Assembly (NCBI GenBank): GCA_965153455.1
Contig: OZ234493.1
Location: 32,602,213 to 32,666,212, forward strand
Reading direction: 5' to 3'
DNA: 64,000 nt
From: Sphagnum compactum
Taxonomy: Eukaryota
Shown here: in pieces, positions 13,667-23,107 of the stretch
How positions within the stretch are numbered: position 1 is the first letter of the stretch
How the letters are laid out: each line of letters starts with the position of its first letter
Notes under the pieces: model-generated
Told to the model about the DNA's origin: nothing
What the model saw: the letters and a program-made list of their open reading frames with translations, nothing else
The model's database searches: none
Made by a program: the position numbers and the translations under genes

Positions 13667-14500
13667 TTGCAAACATGCTAGAACTATGGCCAATGATGGA
13701 TCCACTTGGCCATCCACATGCGAAAGGTGACATGGAACACAATTCCACACATGGTTTTTCCATAATCAACCATCCCGACCTTCCAACAACAAAACCCTAG
13801 AAAGTAAAACCTTTTCATACAAAGAATGACACACCCAACCATCACATTTAATGTGCTAAGTGTTGTATGTTGCAAATAAACATAATCCTTAGGTTCAAAC
13901 CTTAAAACCTTGGGTCGATATCCACATCCATGGATGGTGGCATATCATAATGTAATATTTTGATGTTATGCAATGGCCAAGTTTTCCATAGCCATCACAT
14001 GGTTCTTTTGAACAAGGCTACATATTGCTCACAAGCTTGGACCCACACATTGGGATCATCCAAATTAACCACATAGTCCACATCCCTACAAGTGGATGCC
14101 AATAATTGGGGTTCATGCCTAAAAGGCAAAAAGTAATAGGAAAATGATGCAAGGGATGTTTGCTTGCTGAATCGATATCCCATGGGCAACAATGGTAGTT
14201 ATATGTCCCAATCAATTATATGCCCCTTTTGTAATCCATATTTTTGCAAACCTTTTTTCACCATCTGTACCATTCTTTTAGCTAAACCATTCACTTTAAA
14301 ATGATCACAAAAAGTAATCCTATGGCTGTCGTGACGTGTAGTGTCGTGACATACAGTGTCGTAAGGTGTACATTCATAGGAAACTCTACTAACAAAAAGA
14401 CTAAAGCCAGTCAAAGATATAAACTAATCAACTAAAAAGAGATACATGCACACATATATATACAATGCACACGTGAGACTGAGATGAAATTCTCATGTAT

Positions 14501-14508
14501 CCCCCCCC
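14501..14508 (-). other. Polypurine-tract candidate (G8 on the - strand) just downstream of the integrase-PHD stop
   Basis: C8 run at 14501-14508, about 40 bp past the TGA at 14550 and about 175 bp from the element end. Confidence 0.55.
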
Positions 14509-14549
14509 AGACCTGAGCCGGGAAAAGCATGGCATGGTCTGAGTAGGAA

Positions 14550-15620
14550 TCAAGGTGCTGTAGGAGAACATGACGAACAGTACCAATTGCCAACGGGAAC
14601 TTGAGTGAGCTCCGGCTTGAGGCAGAAGAGATGGTATCCACCATTACAGTTGTCGCAAAGCAGCATCTGATCAGCATCGTCCGTCCTCTGACATACCTGA
14701 CATGGATAATCAAGTGGAGGAATCCAAGTCGACGTGATGATGGTAGGGTCCAAGTTTGGCAGGTGGCAAGGCGCACAATTTTTGGAATGATCCCGAATTG
14801 TGCGTCCGTCAGCTCCTTGTAGCTCCAACACACCTGAAGGCCTGATCGCCTTAATCCTCAAGATGGTGCGACCGGAAGAAGTGTCTAAAGTATCATTGGG
14901 TTGTCGCTGAAGATACACAAAATCACCAACATCAAATTGTCTCACCTTAGGTTTGTAACTGCCACCTCGTGTGTGTGCATACCGTAAGGTGTCTCGATGT
15001 TGTGCAATGGACAGGTTTTCCATGGCCATGGGCATAACCCTCCTGAATAGAGCGGCCCTTTCTGCAATGACCTTAGCCCAAATGGTTGGGGAGTCCAAGT
15101 CCACAACTTGGTCCATTTGAGCAACAATGGAAGAGGGTGGAATGGGATGTCTCCCAAAAAGTAAAAAGTAAGGGGAGAAATGAGATAAAGAGGTGTGTTT
15201 GGACATCCTGTAACCCATGGCGATGTAAGGGAGGGCCAGGTCCCAATCCTCTTTGTTCTTAGTGAGGCAAATCTTCCGAAGTCCCTTCTTGCATGTTTGA
15301 ACCATCCTTTCTGCAAGGCCATCAGCTTGGGGATGATCTCTTGAAGTCCGACGATGGTCAATGAGAGCATGGTCAAGTAGGTCTTGGAATTCTCCCCTGA
15401 ATTCTGATCCTTGATCAGTAAGGCATTCAACACAAGCCCCAAACCTACTTAGAACCTGTTGTAAGAAAGCCTGGCTAGTGCTGTGTGATGACTTGTCCGG
15501 TAGCGCAACAAGTTTGACCCACTTTGAAAAATGCTCAATCATAATCATGATGTAGACATTACCCCTGGAGGTCTGTGGTAATTCTCCAGCTAAATCACAT
15601 GACCAGCGATAGAACATGCC
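14550..15620 (-). CDS. Integrase catalytic core plus C-terminal PHD finger (3' part of the polyprotein, after a frameshift)
   Basis: DDE motifs WSCDLAG, LTDQGSEF, DGLAERMV. Also SPYFLLFGR and FDVGDFVYL. PHD CQVC...LLCDNC...YHLFC...WYCSSC at 14568-14702. Confidence 0.92.
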   Translation of the reverse strand, partial: GMFYRWSCDLAGELPQTSRGNVYIMIMIEHFSKWVKLVALPDKSSHSTSQAFLQQVLSRFGACVECLTDQGSEFRGEFQDLLDHALIDHRRTSRDHPQADGLAERMVQTCKKGLRKICLTKNKEDWDLALPYIAMGYRMSKHTSLSHFSPYFLLFGRHPIPPSSIVAQMDQVVDLDSPTIWAKVIAERAALFRRVMPMAMENLSIAQHRDTLRYAHTRGGSYKPKVRQFDVGDFVYLQRQPNDTLDTSSGRTILRIKAIRPSGVLELQGADGRTIRDHSKNCAPCHLPNLDPTIITSTWIPPLDYPCQVCQRTDDADQMLLCDNCNGGYHLFCLKPELTQVPVGNWYCSSCSPTAP

Positions 15621-18600
15621 CTCTCCAATGGTAATGAGGAGCGAGAAGGCTATAAGTACGCTTAACTCCAAAATGTCCAAGCTCCGAGTGTACTTTCTGA
15701 ATAAGACCAGGCCGTTCATGTGGTGGTGGAACCACTCTGTCGCCTTGTGGTAAGCATCGGACGAGGTGATTGTCCCTCCATGAGTAGCGTTTGGATCGCT
15801 GTTGTATGCGATCCCGCTGACTTGATGTAACTTGGGGAGGGTATTCCCCATGTTGAAGAAACCCCAGAGTGTCCAAGTCCTCCCATATATCCAGAATGGG
15901 ATGCTCAACCAGGTTACATTGCAGTAATGCAAGATAACTAGATGCCTCAGATACATGTATTGCTGGGATCTGGTCAAAATCTTGCCTGGCTTCTGAAAAA
16001 TCTTCAGAGGTAGTGAGGGGTCTTCGTGACATGGTATCCGCATTCTGATGTGTAATACCTGGTCGGTGAATAACCTTGAACTCATACTCTTGAAGTATAA
16101 GCGCCCAACGAGCTAACTTACCAGTAAGCTTATCGTTGGTCATCAACCACTTGATAGGCTGGTGGTCCGTATACAGAGTGAAATTGGTGCCATAAAGATA
16201 GGGCCTGAAATGTATGACGGCCCATACAACAGCAAGGCACTCCCCCTCGTATGAAGAGTAGTTGCTCTCAGCCTTGTTGTTGCTTCGAGATGCATAGGCG
16301 ATAACATATTCCTTGCCTTCCTCATCAAGTTGGCCCAGAATAGCTCCAATACCAAGAGCACTCCAGTCAGTGTGTAGAATGAAGACCTTGCTGAAATCAG
16401 GTCTTCTTAGAATGGGGAACTCTGAAAGCTTTTCCTTGAGTGTGTTGAAAGCTTCCTGAGCCTCTTCACTCCATGTCCAAGCAACATCCTTCTTTAACAA
16501 TGCATAGAGAGGATGAGCAATAGTACTGAAGTCTTGGACATAAATCCTGTAGTAATTACATAGTCCGATGAAGCTCCTCAAAGTGTGAACATCAGTAGGA
16601 TCGGGCATCTCCAAAATGGCTACTACTTTGGCCCAATGAGCCATAATACCATTTGGCAAAATTCTGTGTCCAAGGTAAACTACTGAGGTGACAGCAAACT
16701 CACACTTTTTAGGATGGATCTTCATATTGACTTCGTGGAGCCTCTTGAATAACTCCTCAAGATGAGCCAAGTGCTGTAGGAGTCCCTTGCTATGCACTAG
16801 GACATCATCTATGTAGCATTTCAGGAAATCTGCCCCTTCGAGAACTTGGTCCATGACTCGTTGAAAGAAGACAGGTGCATTCTTCAATCCAAAAGGCATC
16901 ACAAGCCATTCCCACAACTTATTGCTTCCATGGAATGCTGTTTTCTTGCGATCTTTTGCAACGAGCACAATCTGGTTGAAGCCTTGCCTCAGATCCACAA
17001 TTGTGAAGATGTTTGAGTCTCCAATGCTATCAAACAGTTCTTCAGGGATGGGCATGGGGTACCTGTCTTGAGGTGTAACCAGGTTCAAAGGCCTATAATC
17101 CCCGCACATCCTTTTCTCAGTCCATAATCCAGCTGAATCCTTCTTTGCTGGCATTACTGTAGCGGCTGCGAAATCAGAACTTGATGGCTGAATGAGACCA
17201 GCCTCATGGAGCTCTTTGCATCTTTCATCTACCAATTCCCATTCATGTTTGCTCAACCTATGCCTCCTTCGATAAACGGGTGTCTCATCTGTAAGGTCTA
17301 TAGAGAACTGCATGGTCTTACACCTACCTAAGTCTTTCATTGAGAATGCGAACACATTCTCATACTTAATTAGCAAGTCTGTGACCTGGTCTCTCTCCTT
17401 CTTGGTGAGCTGGTTCCCCATAACAAAAGGGTAGTTGGAAACACATGGAATGGAGTTGGAAAGTGTGTTTGAAGAACCTGATGTATTGGGTTCTCCATTA
17501 TCCAACTCCGTAGATTCGTAGAAGGTTGTAATTGTTTCTCCAGAAGCTGATGTACCTCCAGGTGTATTGGACATAACTTGAGTCAAATTACATGGTACCT
17601 CCTCCCCCCCAACACTGAGAGTGAAATGTAGAGTGTTGAAGATAGGCAAGTGTACTTGGTCGGGGTGCCATGTGGTTGCATCGTCAGAGCTGCAAGCTGA
17701 TTGAGTCAGTGTTGGTGTTGTGTACATTTGAAAGAGTACACAGGTTACCAATAACCATGTAAGGGAGTTCAGGTCCATGCTTCTCCCGAGTAGAGCGTTA
17801 CGCTCCAATCTAGTCACCTTGGTGTGACTAGTAGTGCCAGTTTGGAACCCCATAGCCCTTTCTCTTTCTTCTGGGCTTGGTTCATCCCAAGTGGCTGAAG
17901 CATGACGATACACCAAGCCTGGTCCATCTCCCTGAAAGGCGTGTGCTCCAGGGAAGGAGACAAAGGTGGGCCAAACACCTCTTGGTTTTCCTATTGTATT
18001 CGCAGGAAACCAAGGAGGTTTCTCTTGCCTTGTAACTGGTTGGCAAGAGCTCTGATCATCCAATATGTGAGAAACCTGCAGGTTGTGGTCTCTGATGGTG
18101 TATCTCAGAGCCAACTGCAGAATTGAAAGTGGTGCAAGGTTGGTCCACCAGTTGCGCAGCTGGTGCGCATAGGAACCGCATTGTGCCGCATCGAGTAGGA
18201 GTGGCTCTCCAAGGTAATGTTTGACAAGTGTGTAGTGCTCCTGGACTTTCTCCCTCTGGTCAAACTGAGAAGGGGTGTTCTCAATTACATAACCAAGCGT
18301 AGGGGAAATGGATTGAGCCCAGGTAATCAATCGTACCATGTCTGTGAAGAGACCGGATCTTGTGTCACTCAAGCCTTCTCCAAATCCAGCTGCTGAAAAT
18401 CCTTGACACTCCCAACCTGAAATGATGAGGTCCACGGGGCCAAGTAATTCCATATGCTTATTCTGAATTAATTGTATGTCAGGGGGCAAGAAAGTGAAAC
18501 TGGCCTTCCATGCGGTGGTTGTAAACTGTTGTGGAAATCTGGTTGTGAGCTCCATCATTCTCGATGCTGCCACTTGCCTTGCAATAGGATCAATGTCTAC

Positions 18601-18705
18601 GTAGAAATACCTTCGGACCACCATCCCTGACTGTAGTAGGGCTTCGAGACCTGTACCAATACCACCAAAGAGCTCTAGTAATGTAATCCCTTCCTTAGGT
18701 GGTGT
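15621..18705 (-). CDS. Pol segment: DNMT3-like C5 cytosine methyltransferase (~17745-18687), reverse transcriptase, RNase H and integrase N-terminus
   Basis: MTase motifs I LELFGGIG (upstream of the ORF-track start), II [53 protein letters not shown]...LLGRSM. RT has CGDYRPLN, DLRQGFNQ, MPFGLKNAP and YIDD (16804-16815). RNase H has LHTDWS, EGECLAV, YTDH. Integrase HH is VHSELGHFG. Confidence 0.92.
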
Positions 18706-20010
18706 CTAGGTGATTAGCTGACGGAGTAATGGCTTAATCGGTTCGCCATGGCTCTCCATGCTTTCAAAACTAGACAAAGCTTTGACCAAGGGCTTGTAGG
18801 CTACTTTGAACCTTTGTAAAACCTCTGGTCCATGTTGAATGTCAGTAGGAACCACCCTCAAGCTTTCAGTAGCTTGAGCGTAAGCTATCTCTTCTTCATC
18901 TCCCTCTATCCATTCGTGGCTAGCTTGTTGGATGTAGGAAATGGTGTGTGCTTCCTTGAGCATACAATGGTGAGCCATAGGACTATGGTTCCCATGTAAA
19001 TCAAGGGGTATGTATCCCAGGTGGTGGCCATCAGTCTCCCAATCCACTCGGTAGTACGCATGTTCGAACCAATTGTCAATTGTAAAACCTGGTGGAAACA
19101 GGGCCTCTTGCCCAATGAGCACATCGTAACTAGTGGCATTGGTGACTAAACATCTGACCTGTAGGCAAAGCTCCTGATCTGTACCTTCATTGAAATTAAG
19201 TGCAATCAAATCCGAGCTCTCCCCAAGTACCTCCTCTACGCTCCCACTAGCGGTGCGAATGTGCCACATAGATTTTCGTAGTTTGGAGTCGAGCATGCCC
19301 ATCTTCTTGGCGAATTGAACTCCAAGAATCACTGGTTGGGCACCTGTATCAAGAAGAACCACTCTGGGTGTATGTCCTCCCACCTGGATTGCTGACTTAG
19401 TATTGTCGACAATGGCAACTCCGGTGGCGATGGAAGTTCTCTCACTAGGCACCACCTTCAGAAATGAGTGAGAGACTTTGTGGAGAGAATGGCTATCCAC
19501 AACGCCTTTGCTGAGTAACAAATCCACAAGTGAGGTGTTCTTAACTCCCTTTTGATATGTGAATGTAGAATCAGAGGTAGGAAAGCTCACTAGTTTAGCC
19601 ATGCCAGAACTAGTGACTAGATTACGAACGCCATCTGCAACACGTGAACCAATCGAATGTCTCTCCAAGGTGTTGGATGGGACCTCTGTAGCATGTGGAT
19701 TAGGGGTTGGTAGAGGACCTGATGTAGTGTTCAAGGTATCCTCTAAGATTGCAATTATGTCCCTGGTGCTTAGCTTCAAATCTTGAAAACTAAACAATGG
19801 TGTATTCACAAGCTTTTGCGCCACTTCATGCATTTGAAGTTGGCATTCCATAAGCTGATCAGTGGAAAATTGTGTGTTTTCCTTATGTACATGTACTCCT
19901 GGGACATGAGAATTTGATGCCCTAACAGCTTGTGGTGTAGTAGTCTCCTCCCCCCTCGCCAACAAGGTGCCTTCTTCTTCCATGTTGAGAGGACGAAAAG
20001 ATTGTGGCAT
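18706..20010 (-). CDS. Retroviral-type aspartic protease segment of the polyprotein
   Basis: VLLDTGAQ active site, IRTASG flap and YDVLIG. Same frame as gag and pol, separated from each by a single stop codon. Confidence 0.88.
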   Translation of the reverse strand: MPQSFRPLNMEEEGTLLARGEETTTPQAVRASNSHVPGVHVHKENTQFSTDQLMECQLQMHEVAQKLVNTPLFSFQDLKLSTRDIIAILEDTLNTTSGPLPTPNPHATEVPSNTLERHSIGSRVADGVRNLVTSSGMAKLVSFPTSDSTFTYQKGVKNTSLVDLLLSKGVVDSHSLHKVSHSFLKVVPSERTSIATGVAIVDNTKSAIQVGGHTPRVVLLDTGAQPVILGVQFAKKMGMLDSKLRKSMWHIRTASGSVEEVLGESSDLIALNFNEGTDQELCLQVRCLVTNATSYDVLIGQEALFPPGFTIDNWFEHAYYRVDWETDGHHLGYIPLDLHGNHSPMAHHCMLKEAHTISYIQQASHEWIEGDEEEIAYAQATESLRVVPTDIQHGPEVLQRFKVAYKPLVKALSSFESMESHGEPIKPLLRQLIT

Positions 20011-20016
20011 GACTGC

Positions 20017-21852
20017 TCAAGCTCCTTTAGCCCTGGTAATAGGACTTGAACCAGATGCGAGTCCATCAGTTTGAATTACCTGCCTAGTGGCAGAAACTCT
20101 GGGTGCCACACTAGTTTCTTGTGCTGCGACATAGGAAGGGCAAAAAGAAGTAGCCAATTCTGGTGTGAGACTAGAATTGTGTGGAGTGGAAAGAACATAC
20201 TCCCCAACCATTGCATCGTGTGGAAGGCCATAGAACGACCTAGGAGGTCCCTCGCGTGATCCTGAACCTTGTACAGGTTGGGCATGACTAGCTGATTGGG
20301 AGGACTTGCCTTTTAGATTAGCAAGTTGGGCCCTCAATGATTCGAGTTCATTTTGTAAAGTCTGAACTTGAATTGCATGGGCTTGAAGCACCTCCCTCTT
20401 ATCAGCATTGTGCTCCTTCTTCTTAGCATTCTTGTTGGAATTACCCTTGGTGGGCAAAGCCTGAGTGGAATGCTGAGGTGCCTTGGCTTTTGGTTGAGGG
20501 ATAGTGGAAGATGCTGGCAGATTTTGCCATTGTAATCGGAGTTGCTTCCGCTCTGGGAACTTGGCAAAACAGACAGATTCATGATGTCCCTCTTTCCCAC
20601 AATAATCACAAAAGAGATCCTCGGAAGGAATGTTGCACTCACTAGCTTTGTGGGCAGGATTGCCACAGTAGTTGCAAGAAGGTAGGATGGGTGTAGCCGA
20701 GTGCACCGCTTTAGTCCTTGAAGAAGAATGTGATGATCTAGTTGGTGCAGCTGTTGTAGGTTGAGGCCTTGAACGTGATGGAGGCCTCATAGTACTGGCC
20801 TCATAGTGTGCATGAGCCAGTTCTAGCTTTTCGGAAATGTTGTACACATCCAGCAACGTGTACGAGTCTCCAAATTCTGCAAAGACTCGTTGCAAAACCT
20901 GTGCGTGGAGTGTTGGAGTACCTTCCAAAGAACGAAGATACCGATGGGCAGCTTCTAAGTCGGTGATGCTCTGGGTATCCTCTTTGAGTTTGAGAAGCCT
21001 CCTGTAAAGCATCTTGAGGGTTTCATCCTTCTGCCGAGAGAAGGTGGCGAGCTGCAGAATTTTTTCAGAACTTTTGACTGGAAATTCCAGCTCAAGAATT
21101 CGAAAGAATTCCCCCATTGGATCAACAAAAGCTGGCGCATCAATGGTGGGAGGAATGTTTGCAGTAGCAGCAATGAGTTGTTGAGGAGAGAGGTTTACCG
21201 AGGTAGGTACCGGGTCTGGATTATTCGGCACAGTCCCGTGATGTGCAATTGCAGCTTGTAATGCAGCTTGAGAGGCGGTGGCGATGGCTATGGCGTAAGC
21301 TGGATTGGGAGCTTGGGTGACACCCAAAATCCTTGCAGAATGTTGCTCGTAGACATCCAATGCCTCATAATGCACATAACGGGCCAATTGCTTAAATGCA
21401 AACGCTTCGGTGTAATTAGCACCATACTTCAGCTCCAACTCACAGACCACTGTTGAGAAAGTTGCCTTGAACTCCCTCAACGAAATAGTACCTGGCCTTC
21501 CGCTGAACTTCTCTATTCTCCCAGAGGAACTGCTGACCTCCATGGTGTATATGGGTGTTGAAGTCACAGCTTGCAACGGAGTATATGGTGATGGTGTGAA
21601 AGCAGGTGCAGTAGTAGGTGTACCCCACTGATTAACCCCTCCAAATGGGCTCTGGTGTGTTGTTGATGTAGTGTAACCCAAACCTGAATTCCTAATAGGA
21701 GTTGTACTAGATGATGATGGTGCTGTGGATGCTTGGTGATACCGTCGTGAGCATCGTGAACTCAAAGATATTGGTTCAAAGGGTTGTGTGTTACTTCGTA
21801 ACTGATACCTTGGCTCTGGATGAGTAATGCTACTTTCATCATCCGAGGACAT
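20017..21852 (-). CDS. Gag protein with two CCHC zinc knuckles
   Basis: 611-aa ORF with IEKFSG, RQKDET-type capsid-like motifs, and knuckles CNYCGNPAHKASEC and CDYCGKEGHHESVC. Confidence 0.88.
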   Translation of the reverse strand: MSSDDESSITHPEPRYQLRSNTQPFEPISLSSRCSRRYHQASTAPSSSSTTPIRNSGLGYTTSTTHQSPFGGVNQWGTPTTAPAFTPSPYTPLQAVTSTPIYTMEVSSSSGRIEKFSGRPGTISLREFKATFSTVVCELELKYGANYTEAFAFKQLARYVHYEALDVYEQHSARILGVTQAPNPAYAIAIATASQAALQAAIAHHGTVPNNPDPVPTSVNLSPQQLIAATANIPPTIDAPAFVDPMGEFFRILELEFPVKSSEKILQLATFSRQKDETLKMLYRRLLKLKEDTQSITDLEAAHRYLRSLEGTPTLHAQVLQRVFAEFGDSYTLLDVYNISEKLELAHAHYEASTMRPPSRSRPQPTTAAPTRSSHSSSRTKAVHSATPILPSCNYCGNPAHKASECNIPSEDLFCDYCGKEGHHESVCFAKFPERKQLRLQWQNLPASSTIPQPKAKAPQHSTQALPTKGNSNKNAKKKEHNADKREVLQAHAIQVQTLQNELESLRAQLANLKGKSSQSASHAQPVQGSGSREGPPRSFYGLPHDAMVGEYVLSTPHNSSLTPELATSFCPSYVAAQETSVAPRVSATRQVIQTDGLASGSSPITRAKGA

Positions 21853-22092
21853 GGTGTTGTCCCATGCCCCAAAATTTTGTACTAATATAATCCCTCAATT
21901 ACAAAATTCTAACACAATGTATGGTTTGAATCTCCCTAATTGCAGGACGATAGTATGGCAGAATGTAGCAAGATAAGCTGCAAGACACAAGACCACACAA
22001 TGCACGACCACAGTGCGAAGAACACAGGAAACAGGACTGCAGTACAGTAGTACGTAGGACGCAGGACGGCAAAGCGCAGGACGGCAATACGG

Positions 22093-22350
22093 TGATGTCA
22101 GCAGTGACGTAGGCAGGACGCAGGACGAAAACACGATGACGTCAACAGTGACGTAGGACGACAGGGCGCAGGACAGCAGTACGGTGACATCAGTAGTGAC
22201 GCGGAAGGACGGTAGTACGATGACGTCAGCAGTGACGCAGGAGGACGGCAGCACGATGACGTCAGCAGTGACGTAGGCAGGACGGCAACACGATGACGTC
22301 AGCATTGACGTAGGCAGAATGGCAACACGATGACGTCAGCAGTGACGCAG
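22093..22350. promoter_or_regulatory. Tandem array of seven as-1/ocs-like elements (TGACGTCAnnnnTGACG) in the retroelement leader
   Basis: Units at 22093, 22137, 22185, 22221, 22257, 22294 and 22331. Each has two TGACG-type half sites exactly 12 bp apart, as in CaMV as-1. Confidence 0.7.
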
Positions 22351-22416
22351 AACAGTCCGACGAACGTCGACGGAAGTCGGACGGACCAAGGTCGCAGCGA
22401 TGGTGCTGCAGCTCGC

Positions 22417-22960
22417 AACGTTGCGACGCTGCGGCGCTGCTGTGGCAGCGTGCTGCTGAAGCGATGGCGCTGCGGCGCTGCACTGCTGCTGCAGCGTAGG
22501 CGCTGCGGCGCTGTTGCTGCACTGCTGCCGCAGGGATGGCGCTGCGGCGCTGCACTGTTGCTGCAGCGCTGCACTGCTGTCGCAGGGATGGCGCTACGGC
22601 GCTGTTGCTGCGGTGCTGCACTGTTGCTGCGGCGCTGCGGCGCTGTTGCTGCGGTGCTGCACTGTTGCTACGGCGCTGCACTGTTGCTGCAGCGATGGCG
22701 CTGCGGCGCTGTTGCTGCGGCGGTGCTGCTGCGGCGGGGCTGCTGCAGCGATGGCGCTGCGGCGCTGTTGCTGCGGCGGTGCTGCTGCAGCGATGGCGCT
22801 GCGGCGCTCTTATTGCGGCGGTGTTGTTGCAAGCGCTGTTGCGGCGGCGGTGCTGCTGCAGCGATGGCGCTGCGGCGCTACGACGCTGCAGCGTTGTGGC
22901 GCTGTAGCTCGCGGCAACGGCGGAACGCAACGCCCTGCGGCGCTAGAGCTCGCTGCTGCG
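22417..22960. repeat. GC-rich degenerate repeat island (gcggcgct / gctgca / gcgatggcgct units) in the retroelement leader
   Basis: Many copies of gctgcggcgctgcactgttgctgcagcgatggc-like units, very dense in CG and CWG. Confidence 0.85.
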
Positions 22961-23107
22961 AAGTGATGGCAGGCGGCGCTACGCTGCCCTGCAGCGATGG
23001 CAAGCGGTCGGCGCCGCAATTCTTGTTTTTTTTTTTCTTTTTTTTCGACAACTTGAAGAGAGAAAAAGAATGGGAGAAAGAGAGAAGTTTTGACACCTGA
23101 TCTCTAA

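Noticed and set aside
15621-16085. N-terminal ~155 aa of the 511-aa ORF 14550..16085
   Set aside because: Alternative frame overlapping the true pol frame. Integrase similarity begins only at GMFYRW (~15620).
17745-18687. Host DNMT gene or bacterial restriction-modification contamination
   Set aside because: Intronless, in frame between protease and RT, inside TSD-bounded element ends, and repeated in the older relative.
23090-23107. tRNA primer-binding site after the 5' LTR-like module
   Set aside because: Reads TTAGAGATCAGGTG on the - strand, lacking the TGG start complementary to tRNA CCA. I also found no self-priming complement in the module.
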